DNA from: Sminthopsis crassicaudata
Lineage: Eukaryota
Reading direction: 5' to 3'
DNA length: 64,000 bases
Assembly (NCBI RefSeq): GCF_048593235.1
Contig: NC_133618.1
Coordinates: 514,557,675 to 514,621,674, forward strand
The notes under the pieces are model-generated. The model was not told the origin of the DNA. It did no database searches and saw only the letters and a list, made by a program, of their open reading frames with translations. Below, piece after piece: positions 24,488 to 36,410 of the stretch. Each line of letters begins with the position of its first letter. The stretch's first letter is position 1. A program made the position numbers and the translations under genes.

Positions 24488-27400
24488 ATGGCCAACCTGA
24501 GTGTTAAACCTGAAGCCCAAGCCAAGGTGAGTTACTATCAAGGGGAAGGGGTGAAGTCATGGGAATGGGGTGGGAGGGCTAGTCTTAGGGGAAGGTCTAC
24601 CCAGATTTCTCTCATTCTCCCTTTGCTTCCCCTTACCCACTCCCCTCCCCCTAGCCTGGGCCTCTCAATAAGAAAGGGTTGGAGAGTACTTGAGACTCAG
24701 GCTGCTGTCTGGAGAGCCAAAGTGCTCTACCCCCACAAATCTTCAGCATGCAGTGAGGATCAGTAGACTTGTAGGGTCTAGAGCATCCCCAATGAATGTG
24801 AAAGGGTGCTGGGACCTGTAAAAGAACACTAGCAGGTGGTGCTGGGGGGGGGGGGGGTGTTGATGTTGGACTTCAGCCACAGGGAAAGGAGAGGTGAAAT
24901 GGCTTTGGTTTGATGAGGTGAAGTGAAGCAGGGAGAGGAGGAAAAGACGGGTGATGGTTCAGGGCACCTGGCCAGTACATATGTGGAGCAAGGGAAGTCT
25001 GCATTCATGTATCTCTCCTGAGCTCAGAATCTCGTTCCACTGGGATCTGTTCCCACACCTTTCCCAGCACCATTGAAAACTATTCCCACGCCTCCCACAG
25101 ATGTAGTCCCACTGGGATCAGTTCCCATATCTCCACCAAAACCCAGTCCTACGGCAATTTCTGTTCCATACCTCCTCCACATCTAAGCTTCCTGGGACCT
25201 GTTCCCATGTTTCACCTGAACTCAGCCCCAGTGAGCCCCATTCCACCTTTAAATGCAATCTCACTGACATCTGGGTCCAAAATGCTAAGATGTGTTTCTC
25301 CTTAGATCTCAACCTATTAGTCTTAAATGACAACTTCTATGTCTGCAGGTGGATTTTTTCAGAAAGGAGTTATGTACTCAGGTAAGACCTCACTATTTCA
25401 CACTACCTTCACTCTGTTCCTGGATCTCTCACCCTAGTTCTATTGTTACAAACTTGGCTGAATGTCCTAATCAGCTGTTGAGTCCAATCAATCAATAATC
25501 ACGACATCCACCCCTCACCCTTACCTCATACACAGGCAGAGATCCTACTTGCAACCTATTTCCCTGCGAAGATTTCAGAGCTGGATGAGTTCTTGAAGGT
25601 ACTGGGGCTGGGAAGGAGGCAGAGGAAAGGCCAAGGAAAGGGAGACGATCATGGAATAGGAGGAAAAATTGAAAAATAAGGAATACTGAGAAAATAATTA
25701 CTGTTACTTTTTTCCCTGCCATGTTTTAGGACCCATCTCTGAATGAGACTGATTTGAGTCTTCTAAAGGCCCCTTTGGACATTCCAGTCCCTGACCCAGC
25801 CAAAGAAAAAGAGAAGGAAGAGCGTCGGAAACAAGAAGAGGTAAGGGTGGAACAAGAGGGGGTTAGAAACATCTGAATTTTAGGGGGTTCAGAAACATTG
25901 GGCCTTGACTTCATGTGACTTTTCTTCTATAGAAGGATGATAAGGATGGAAAGAAAAAAGAGGAAGATGAAGATAAAGGTAATAGGGAATTGGTTGAGGG
26001 CTTAAGTCCTGGTTTCCTAATTAATGCATTAGCCCATGAGAGCATCCTCAGAGAGAGCTGCCTTCACTCTCTCAAGTTTTAGATTTGTGATATATTCCCT
26101 AGGTCCTCCTTGTGGACCTGTAAACTGCAATGAGAAGATTGTGGCCCTTATAGCTCGGTTGAAGCCTGAGATCAAAGATGTGAAAGAACAGCTCAACCTG
26201 GTAAGCCCCACCCCTCACCCCGATTTCTGGCAGGATCTGGAGGAGGCCTGCCCTTTAGAGAAACAATTTATCCAGAACAACTGCCCTTTGCCCTACTAGT
26301 TGGTTAGATACCCTGTCAGTCAGAACACAGTGTCTTATCAGAGTAGAAAAAGGGAGTTAGGATTGTAGCAAAACATATAAGGAGATATGGCTGAGGATTA
26401 CGTAGTAGGGGTGGCGTGATAAGGGAGGCTGAAGATCTGGAAAAGGAAACAGTGTTGGGAAAGAGTTTAATGGTCTCTACCAATTGTTTTTCTCAGGTTT
26501 CCATGTGGTTGCAGCTACAAGTGCCCCGAATTGAGGATGGAAACAACTTTGGAGTAGCTGTCCAGGTGATGACCCTGCCTTACAATGCTCCACCCCAAAT
26601 TCCTTACCTTGATCTTGCTTTGCAATCATGCTTTATTAAATCTTTTTCCTAACTTTCCTTTCTCTAGGAGAAGGTATTTGAGCTGATGACTACACTCCGA
26701 ACTAAGCTGGATGGCTTCCACACCCAGATTTCAAAGTAACTGATCCAGTCTCACATGCCCACCTTGCCCGGTCTTTATGATTATTGGCTTGGATTTCAGC
26801 TCTTGCCCTCAAATCTCATATTTGTTGCTTCAATTTTGGCTTCTTTCTCTCTCTTGTTTTAAACTCTCCCTTTTACTCCTCATTAGGAGCATTACTTTCT
26901 TAAACACCCCATAACTTTTCTTATTCTTTTCTAGATACTTCTCTGAAAGAGGTGATGCAGTGGCTAAAGCAGCAAAGCAGCCACATGTGGTGAGTGAGGA
27001 AGCAGGTCCAGAGCGGGTGGGGAGGCATTGTTCAGGAGGAAGTCCCTAGGACTGACACAGGGAAGAGCAGGAGGGGCATTAGATAAGGCCAGTGTGAAGA
27101 ACTAACCCTGAAGTCTTCACAGGGTGACTACCGACAGCTGGTTCATGAATTGGATGAAGCACAGTATGGAGAGACAAGACTGATGGTCATGGAGATCCGA
27201 AATACTTATGTAAGGAACTAGACTCTGGAATTTGCTTGGTGGAAGAGCAGAGACAAAGTAGGGAAGATTGATGTGGAGGCAAACAATAGTAGTTTTGGGA
27301 CAAATGGTTCATGAGGTGTACCCAGGGAGGCATGAGAGAGGAAATGAAAATTAACTGCTAGTTAGATTAGAAAGCCATTAAAAAGCCTACTAAGGGTTCC

Positions 27401-27516
27401 AAATAACTCCCACCCCTTCTTCCTTGGATATGCAGGCTGTATTATATGACATCATCCTGAAGAACTTTGAGAAGATCAAGAAGCCCAGGGGAGACACAAA
27501 AGGAATGATCTACTGA
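24488..27516 (+). CDS. PSME1: Proteasome activator subunit 1 (PA28 alpha), 249 aa
   Basis: 11 exons: 24488-24526, 25349-25381, 25536-25598, 25730-25840, 25933-25978, 26103-26200, 26497-26565, 26668-26735, 26935-26989, 27123-27209, 27436-27516 (750 nt). Activation loop PRIEDGNNFG, KEKE insert, C-terminus GMIY. AATAAA at 27632. Confidence 0.97.
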
Positions 27517-27698
27517 AAAACCCAGCCTGCCTGCCTTCTCCATAGCTCCTTAACTAGGATTATCTGTCTTGCCACAGACCGGCTTCCATTTAGAACTTGC
27601 CATTTTATCCATACCTTGCCTTCTGGGCAACAATAAATTTTGTCACATCACTCCCCAGTGTTTTTATTTAAGATTCTAGCCCAGCCCTGTGGCCCAGT

Positions 27699-29098
27699 TC
27701 AGGCACTTCCATTGGCAGCAGCAACCCACTGGGAAATTTCCGTATTAAGCTGTTGATTGGTCCAGTCACGCCGGATGTCATCAAGATGGGCATCAAAGTC
27801 GACGAGAAGTCGGTGGGCCCGACCTTCCAGCAGTGCTCGAAGGAGCTGCCGTGACTCTTCCCAGTCCCGCCACATCACCCTGAAATAACAGCAACAAAGG
27901 AAACGTTCAGCTCAACAGAAGATGGGGCAGGGTTTAGATATAGACTATCCCCAGGACACAGGGTAGGTTCAGGAGCCTAGATTGACGTACTGGATCACCT
28001 TGGGACTCCAGGAACGGGATTTGGAGGGAAGGAGTCCAGACTCAGAGCAAAGAGTATGGTGCAAAGTGCCGAGCAAAGGAAAGAGGTTCTCTACTCACAG
28101 GTTCTTGTCTTTGGGGACCCAGCGTCGATCACGAGTCTCCAAGACAATGATAGGGGGCACTCGGGGCTGGGGAACCAGTTTCCGATTATCCAACTGAGAA
28201 GGTGAAGTGAGTACTGTTGAGGGTTTCAGGATTTCCTTTCTACCTCCTTTTCTCCCCATCTCCCTCAACTCTCAATCTTACCATGATGAGCACTGCACCA
28301 GGGAAGAATTCGGCAATTCGTCCAGCAATTTTCAGGGCCAAGGGGCCAGGGCTAGGAAAAAGGCAGGCGTCAGAGGGTCCTGAGCAGCAGACAATAGCTG
28401 GCATGTCAGTCAGGGCTAACGGGGTGTCGGACCCCTGTGGAGGCTAGGTGAGACTAGCCCACTGGGAGGATTATCGGATGGATTCAACCCTAGCAAGCGT
28501 TTACCTTGGAGCAGAGCTTCTTAACCTGGGGTCCATGCACCCCCCTGTGAACTTGGAAGGAAAAAAAATCTTTATTTTCACTAACCTCTACCTGAAATTT
28601 AACAATCCCTTAAATCATGAGAGCAAAAAGCCATTGTTCTGAGAAGGGGTCCCCGCACGGAGAAAAGTTCTGAGCCCCCCGTTAGAGCGCAGCCCTGCCC
28701 CCTCCACCGCCAGCGCCCCGGCTCACCTCTGGTCATTGAGCGACGCATTGGCGTGGTAGTACCCCGCCACCACCAGACTGCCCTGGGCGCCCCACACGTC
28801 TACCTGCGGAGAAAGAGCCTTAGTTCTTCACTGGCGGCGCCGCAGCGATGCCGCAAACACAGGCCAGGGCAGCCCCACGGCGGGGGAGGGGAAGTCGTAC
28901 CTGGTTAAGGGCCACCTCCAGCATGACGGAGAGGGCCAGGTGGCTGTGGAAGAGAGGCACACAGTCACTGAGGCACAGGCAGCCCCCCGCCTGCGGCGCC
29001 TCGGCCAGCAGCAGGCCGTTGACAGCTGCGTGCGGGTAGCGGGCGGCGTGGAGGCACATCTTCACGTAGGCCCGGGCCGATATCTCCACCTCTCCCAT
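27699..29098 (-). CDS. EMC9: ER membrane protein complex subunit 9 (MPN-like), 206 aa
   Basis: Exons on minus: 29098-28901, 28803-28727, 28351-28282, 28193-28099, 27879-27699 (621 nt). Begins MGEVEISARAYVKMCLHAARYPHAAVNG; contains GYYHAN and HLDDIRRDWTN. Minus-strand AATAAA at 27663-27668. Confidence 0.95.
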
Positions 29099-29099
29099 T

Positions 29100-30050
29100 G
29101 TCCGCGGCCAGGCCCGAAATGGGGTCCCGGACCCAGGGGTGAGCCGGCCCCGGCCCGCCTGCGGCGCCTTGCCTTCCTCTCTGGCCCGCACGCACGCCGG
29201 GGGCCGGGGCCTCGGAGCTCCCTCCCCCGCAGCCACCCTTCACCCACCGCTGTCCCGCGGGCGTCACCTCCCGCCCCCCCACTGGGTCTCGGCCCGGCTC
29301 GGCCCGAACCTCCGCCACCCCCCACTTCAGGTGGAGCTGTCACTCGGACTTCCTCCCGGCCCGGCCCGCCCCGCCCCCTTAAGCGGTCCCCAATGACAAC
29401 TCCCGAGAGTAAAACACTCCTCCCGCCCCCAAAGGGGCGGCCGCCACTGCCCACGGACTACACCCGGGCCCGAACGCAGTTCGGGCTCCTCCCCAGTCTC
29501 CGACCCCGTGACCCGCTTCCCGGGTCCCGCCCAGCGTGACGCACGATTGGTCAAGTGGACTTTGACTTGTCCTATCATCGGTCGCGTCTTCCGGGAACAA
29601 GTCCTGATTGGAAAAACCTCTGTCTCCGCTTTTTCATTGGCCGGCAACTCACAGGGGCGGCTGCAACGTTTCCCCGAGAGCGGAGGCTGGTGCTGCCTGC
29701 TTAAGGTCCAAGTAGGCGTTCTTGTCTATCAAAGAGCCGGGGCCTCCCTCCAGCCCCGTCTGGGAGAAGCTTTGGCGATGGGAACCGGAGCGAACCGGGC
29801 TCGGCGAACACAGATCTCGCTCTTTCGCGATCGCCAAAAACCAGCATTGTGACTTAGAGTGTCCGTTCTAGAAAGCGATTCGAAACTTCGGATAGAGTGA
29901 CCAACACGCATTTGGTCCCAAGAGCCGGCTGCGAGGCTGGCATTCCAACGGCTATTGATCCTGAAATAAAGTCACCGTACCAGCTCTTTTCTGTGGCATA
30001 GAACAAACAACAATAAAAAACAAACAAAAAACCCGAGGCGGCCACCTGTC
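29100..30050. promoter_or_regulatory. EMC9 CpG-island promoter with three CCAAT boxes, GC boxes and a GAS-type site TTCCGGGAA (29589-29597)
   Basis: CpG-rich; ATTGG near 29546, 29607 and 29637. Confidence 0.7.
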
Positions 30051-30459
30051 CAGGGCAGACGGACACTGCGTCGCTTCCCGTCTGCACCCCTTTCCAGCTT
30101 CGCTTTGTGTCCCGCCCTGCTCCGTTAGATTGTGGGCTCTCTTAAGTCAAGGACTTCCTACCCTGAGCGGCTCCGCACAGAGCCGGACAGAGAGGCGCTG
30201 AATGTTAGGGACTAAGGGAAAGGATAAACAAACTGCGGCCCATGATGGGATGAAGTATCGTTAACATAATCTCCCACTCTGACCTTTCTCCAACCCAAAG
30301 TGACTCCCTCCCCCACAGTTGCCCCCCAGCAGCCGGCCGGCTGAACGGTTAGGGAGCTCTTCCCGGGCCCTAGCCACCAGAAAGTTCTCTCTAGATGGTT
30401 GGATGATGTGGAGAAGAATGGTTTAAGGGAGAGTCTGATTTTCCCGGATTTTTGGCGTA

Positions 30460-31480
30460 ATGGAATAGTTCCCTTCCATATCATGCTACTCACCAATATG
30501 CCTTTTGCAGAACTGGGAAACATTTGGTCTCCAGGATCTAAAAAAAAAATCTTAAATTTTTTTGCAATACTTTCATGGGCTCAATATAACCTAAAGGACC
30601 GAGAAAAGCAGTCTGTTTTTGAATCCCTCAACTATAACACCATGGCACAACTTGATCTCTTTTATGAAGGAAAATAAACTGTAAAGTCCCATATATTCAG
30701 GCCTTCACAGCTCTTTTGGGAGAAATAAACAACTCTGCACTCTTTGGCAGCAAAGCTTTTGACTACATTTAACGTAGGAAGGAGGGAAGGGAAAAAACAG
30801 ACTCCCTAGATGACCCTCTCCTTTGTGGTCTGTAGCTCCGGAGGCTCCCCCTCTTACCCCTAGGAGCAAGTCCTTTCAGGAAATCTGTGGACTCCCGCAA
30901 ACCCCACCCCTATCCGGAACCCCACCTCTTCCTGACTCTTTTCTTCCTCCCCACGATCCTCCAATTCTCAGCCCCTCAGATATGGGAAGCAGATCCTTTT
31001 CCTTTCCCTCCATCCCACTTTACCCCAAGGAATGACTGCTCCTTTGAAACTTTGCCCATTAAGGGAGGTATCAGTGCTCTAGGGGAACTACGAGGGTTTA
31101 TGTCTCCTTCTCTATAGCCTATCTTTCTCAGGTAAAAGAAAAACTTGGCTGTTACTGAGAATCCCATCAATTTCACTGAGAACTTTTAAGCCACAGCTCT
31201 CCAATTTGAGCTAAGAAGGGAGAGGATATTGTGGTTGTAAAGGAAAAGAACAGAAAACAGCCTCAAGTTTTAGCTGCCACCATATCCAGTGACAAAAAGA
31301 GCACTGCCCTCAGAACTGTGCCCTATGTGTGGCCCGGAGGGACATTGGAGGAGAGAAACAAGCTGCCTCTCCCTAGTGCTTGTCCTAGGACTTGGCCAGG
31401 CTCTTGCCTTCTCCGTCCCTACGGACAAACTCAGGATAATTATGGACACGGAGGTAAGACGGGAGCCACCTGCTTCCCTA
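30460..31480 (+). mobile_element. Decayed class I (gamma-like/ERV1) endogenous retrovirus gag remnant
   Basis: With stops and frameshifts, translation gives matrix motifs CLLQNWETFGLQDLKKK, W-QY-L, SLNYNT--QLDLF and VPYIQAF (30460-30720), a Pro-rich segment, a capsid N-terminus CPLREV...RVYVSFS---LSQVKEKLG (31050-31230) and a near-canonical zinc knuckle CPMCGPEGHWRRETSC (31319-31366). Confidence 0.8.
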
Positions 31481-32594
31481 ACACTCCAGCCCCACCCAGT
31501 GTATCCTTCTCCAAATTTCCCCATCATATCTCAGACTCCTGCCTATTCCCTGCAGTGCACATTCTTCTCTCATCTGGCTTTGGGATGAAGTAGGAGGATT
31601 TCCGCCCCCGGTTTGCCCTGCTCCTACTCCCTTCCCGACATCTACCCCTCCCTACCCTCGCCCTACATGTCCTACTAGCCTTCCCGGCAGAATACCCTCT
31701 GCCCCTCCCCTATTAGCTCTAGTACTGATAACAGTTGCTCCACTCTATAGAAACCCAGATCCTCATCTACCCCACCCCTCTGTTCCTCGGATACTTATAT
31801 AATTGAATGTAATTGTTCCATACCTGATACGTCAAAATTATAAAAATATCAAAGATAATAAGAGCAGTGGTTTTTATATGCCATCATTTGGAAATGCAAT
31901 TGGTGTCATGTGAAGTTTGTTTATGCTAATATTGTATTTCTAAATTGATACTATGACATTTGAGAGACAATTGTTAAACAGAAAAACTCTGGGTTTTGTT
32001 TTTTGTTTTTTTTAATTAACACATTTATTTTTTTCCCCCTCACCTACTTCTCTCAAAGAGGTGAAGAAAGGAAGAAAGAAAGAAAAGGGGGAGGGAAGGA
32101 AGAAAAAAAAGAAAAGAAAAAAGGAAATAAGGAAGAAAAGAAGAAAGTAAGAGAATTCTTAAAACAAATATGCATTCAAAGGATATGAACAGACAATTTT
32201 CAGATGATGAAATTGAAAGAAGGGAGTACAAGGGATACTGTTGTAAAAAATTACCTATGCATATGTACTGTCAAAAAATGTTATAATTATAAAATTAATT
32301 TTGAAAATATGCATAATTAAGCAAAACAAATTCTATATGAAGATAAACAAGACATATGTTTATCTCACCTCTCTAGCAGAAAACATTCCATCATGAATCT
32401 TCTCCAACTAAAGTTGGACACTACATAAGTTAGATTTCTTATGTTTCTCAAGTTGCACATTTTTTGCAGTATTTAATTTCTTTATAAATTCCTCTCCTAT
32501 TTGTGAAGTGATCCAACCATTAACAGAAAAACTTTAGATGAAAATGCACTTTTAATTTGGATGTGTGAATTAAGCTTTTAAAAATATGTGGGGA

Positions 32595-32867
32595 TGCTTG
32601 GTGTTGCTTTTCCTAGTAACATGACCTCAGGCATGTGAGGTTCCATCAGCTCTAAGCTAATGCTAACAATGTTCTGTCACATCCTAAAAGCTGACAAGAA
32701 TATACAACATTGAACTACAACCTTTCCACTGCTAGAATGAAATTTCGAAGATGCAAAAGTTGCAAATTTGTGAAGGGTTTTTACATTGATCTTTTGCTAA
32801 TGCAATTAGCAGTGTTTTGCATGTATGACTTAATAGACCCTTGAACCAAGTTTATAAAAAAAAAAAA
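32595..32867 (+). pseudogene. RAC1: 5'-truncated processed retrocopy of a conserved 3'UTR terminus, recognised as RAC1
   Basis: GTTTTTACATTGATCTTTTGCTAATGCAATTAGCA (32777-32811) and GTTTTGCATGTATGACTTAATA match my recollection of the end of the mammalian RAC1 3'UTR. Decayed poly(A) signal AATAGA at 32832 and A12 tail at 32856-32867. No coding part; 5' boundary approximate. Confidence 0.7.
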
Positions 32868-32877
32868 GGATATAGAC

Positions 32878-35800
32878 TGAGCCAAGATAGCAGAGTAAAG
32901 GCAGGAACTCATCCAAGCTCTACCCCAAATTTTTCCAAATAACTTTAAATAATGAATCTAAGCAAATTCTAGAGTGTCAAAACCCACAAAAAGATGGCAT
33001 GAAATAATTTTACAACTCAGGACAACTTGGAAAGTTGCAAGAAAGTTCTGTCACACCAGGGGGAGAACTGTGTAGTCCAGCCCAGGCCTAGCCAGCAGCA
33101 GTATTGGCCCCAGGAAACTCGGAACAGGCCTTGTAAGCCCCCGAATCAGCAGTAGCAGTAGTGGCTTCCGGAGCCCTTGGCCCACAGATGGCAAACGAGT
33201 AGTCACAAGGAAATATAGGGGGTCCCTTTGCCTGCACTGAGGCAGGACTCTGCTTGTCTATAGTTAGATGCTGGTTCCTTTCCTGGATGGTGGCTCCAGG
33301 GTGAAGAGGAGCACTACCATACCAGAGCTTGCAGGTACAGTGGAAAAGGGACCCTCCCTCCTCATAGTTCCAAGATAGAAAAGAATATTAGAAAAAAATC
33401 ACAGGGGGCAGCTAGGTGGTACAGTGGATAGAGCACCATTCCTGAAGTCAGGAAGTTCAAATGTGACCTCAGACACTTAACACTTCCTGGCTATGTGACC
33501 CTGGACAAGTCACTTAACCCCAATTGTCTCAGCAAAAAAAAAAAAAAAGAAATCACAGACCACAGGCTAGGAGAGCAGTAAACATACCTCTCCTTAGATC
33601 ATATAACTTTGGAAGAACTGAAAATTTTGAGATCCCTAAAAGTATGTCTGAAAATGGCTGCAACAAAATCCCTGAAAGCAGAGACCTATTTTAATAAAGA
33701 GTTAAAAGTCAAATAATAGGCTAGGAAAATGAGCAAATAAAAAAATTCTGAGCATAAAAAGTTACTATAGTGACAAGAAGATTAAAACAAATATTCAGAA
33801 GATAACATAGTTAAAGTTCAAAGCTTCCAAGAAAATATGAAATGTTCTGTAGAGCAATTTGCAACTGTGCCCAAAGGGCTATAAAACTGTGCATACTCTT
33901 TGACCCAGCAGTGCCATTACTGGATCTGTATCCCAAGGAAATCATAAAAGAGGGAAAAGAACTCACATGTGCTAAAATGTTTGTGGCAATTTTTTTTTGT
34001 GTTAACAAAACCCATCAATTTGGGAATGGCTGAATAAGTTAAAGTATATGAAAGTAATGGAATATTATTATTCTATAAAAAATGATGAGCAAGCTGATTT
34101 TAGAAAGGCCTAGAAAAAATTTACACGGACTGATGCTGAGCCAAACAAACAGAATCAGGAATACATTGTACACAGTAACAGCAAGATTGTGTGATCAACT
34201 ATGAAAGACTTGGTTCTTCTCAGTGGTTCAATGACCCAAGGCAAATCCAATAAACTTTGGATAAAAACCACCATCAGCATTCAGAAAGAGAACTATGAAG
34301 ATTAAATGAAATCAACACATGCTATGTTCACTTTTTTTTTCTCTTTTTTTCTCTTTTCCCTTTTTGTCCTAAATTTTCATTTGCGACATGATTCATAAAG
34401 AAATGTATATTTAAAAAATTAATGTACATGTATAACCAGAAAAAAACAATTTAATTTTAAAAAAGAAAATATGAATTGGTTTTAAGCCATGGAGGAGGTC
34501 AAAAAGGATTTTGAAAATCAAGTAAGAGAGGTACAAGAAAAATTGGTAAAATAAATGAGACCGATGAAAGAAAATCATGAAAAACAAGTCAACATCTTGG
34601 TAAAGGAAACACACACACACAAAAAAAAAAAATTAAAGAAAATAATACCTTAAAAAAACAGATTATGCCAAATGGTAAAAACAGTACAAAAAGACAATGA
34701 GGAAAAAGTATGCCCTTAAAAGAAGAGTTGGTCAAAATGGGTTGAAGGGGGAAGAATCCATTGAAGAAAACTTCTTTAAAAGTAGAATTGAATAAGTGGA
34801 AAGGAAGATACAAAAGCTCACTAAAGTAAAGAATCCCTTAAAAATTGGAATTGAGCAAATAGTAGTTAATGACTTTATGAGAAATCAAGAAACATTAAAC
34901 CATTAAGCCAAACAATGAAATACAGACTTTTGAACATGTCCAATATGGGGGATTGTTTTGCCTTAAAACTATGTGCTTTTGCTACTAGGGTTTTTCTTTA
35001 GCTTTTTTTCGTTTTTCATTGTAAAAATGAAGAATTGGTAAATGACAAAATAAATTCCTCCTAATTAAAAAAATAAAATTTTAAATTAAAAAAAAATTAA
35101 GCCAAAAGAATGAAAAAAATAGAAGACAATATAAAATGTCTCATTGGAAAAACAACTAACCTAGAAAATAGACTCAGGAGAGATAATTTAAAAATTATTG
35201 GACTACTTGAAAGCCTTGACAACAACAACAACAACAACAAAAAAGAGCCCAGACATCATCTTTCAAGAAATTATCAAGGAAAACTGCCTTTATATTTTAG
35301 AACAAGAATTTAAAATAAAAATGGAAAGAACCCAGCAATCATCTCCTAAAAGAGATCCCAGGAATATTATAGCCAAATGCCAGGATTCCCGGGTAAGAAG
35401 AAAATTTTGCAAGCAACCAGAAAGAAATAATTCAAATATCATGAATCCCCAGTCAAGATAACACAAGATTTAGCAGTCTCTACATTAAAGGATCAAAGAA
35501 CTTGGAATATGATATTCTGGATGACGGATGAGCTAGGATTATAACTAAGCAAGAACCACCTACCCAGCAAAATTGGGGGAAAATAAGAATTCTTTATGAA
35601 AAGATCAGAGTTGAATAGAAAATTTGACAAATATAAATACAAGATTCAAAAGAAGCATAAAAAGATAAACAGGAAAGTGAAATCACAAAAAATTTAATAA
35701 AGTTAAACTGTTTATATTCCTACATGGGAAAATGATTCTGACAACTCATAAGAACTTTCTCATTATTAGGGCAGAAAAAAGAAATATATGTAATAGAGAG

Positions 35801-36410
35801 CACAAGTGTTAAATAAATGTGAAGGGATATCTAAAAAAATAAAATTAAGAAGTGAGAGAGGAATATACTGGGAGAAAGGAAAAGAGAGAGGTAGAAATGT
35901 AAATTATCACATATAAAAGATTCAAGAAAAAGATTTTACAGTGGAGAAGACAAAGGAGATAAGGGAGAATGAATGAACCTTACCCTTATGAGACACTTTA
36001 CTTGGGTATAGAAATCCATTTTACCTTACAAGATAATAGGGTAAGAAGGAGATGGAGGAGAGGAGTGATAGAAGGGAAACAGATTGGGGGAGGGGGTACT
36101 CAGTAGCAAAACACTTTTGAGAGTGAAAAGAGAGAAAATAGAATAAACAAGGGGGGAAATACAGTTGTAAGAATAATTGTGAAAAAAAATTTTGAAATAA
36201 GTTTCTCAAAGACTTCTTTCACAAGCAAATAGAGAATGGAGTCAAACATACAAAAAATAAGAGCCATTCCCCAATTGATAAAAAAAACAAAAGATAAGAG
36301 CAGTTTTTAGATGATGTAAACATAGCTATCTATAGCCATATTGGGGAAAAAAAAATGTTCTAACTCATTTTGATTTGGGAAATGCGAATTAAAACAGTTC
36401 TAAAGTACTA
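32878..36410 (+). mobile_element. Degenerate, internally deleted L1 (5'UTR, ORF1 fragments, short ORF2 C-terminal piece) with nested insertions
   Basis: 5' end gagccaagatagcagag. ORF1 motif LENRLRRDNLKIIGLLES (35110-35313). ORF2 C-terminus-like sequence (SHSPIDK...) near 36255-36410. Separate L1 ORF2-end/3'UTR piece at 33845-34470 (AIKLCILFDPAVPLLDLYPKEII). Confidence 0.8.
33404..33550 (+). mobile_element. WSINE1-like SINE nested in the L1
   Basis: SINE body with A tail; aaatcacag on both flanks. Confidence 0.85.

Noticed and set aside
28940-29647. Long Pro/Gly/Arg-rich ORFs (199, 130, 117, 106 aa)
   Set aside because: CpG-island shadow ORFs overlapping EMC9 exon 1 and its promoter.
29900-29930. 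CA/TTTGG junction as a possible LTR end and primer-binding site
   Set aside because: The following 18 nt do not match any tRNA 3' end I can recall, and no similarity to the candidate 3' LTR was seen.
31430-31480. Possible retroviral protease active-site motif (IIMDTE or KTGAT in adjacent frames)
   Set aside because: Neither frame gives an intact D-T-G and the downstream residues do not align convincingly; left unassigned.
31919-31935. 17-mer GTTTATGCTAATATTGT resembling part of the HIF1A 3'UTR as remembered
   Set aside because: AT-rich, and the flanks do not extend the match; probably chance.
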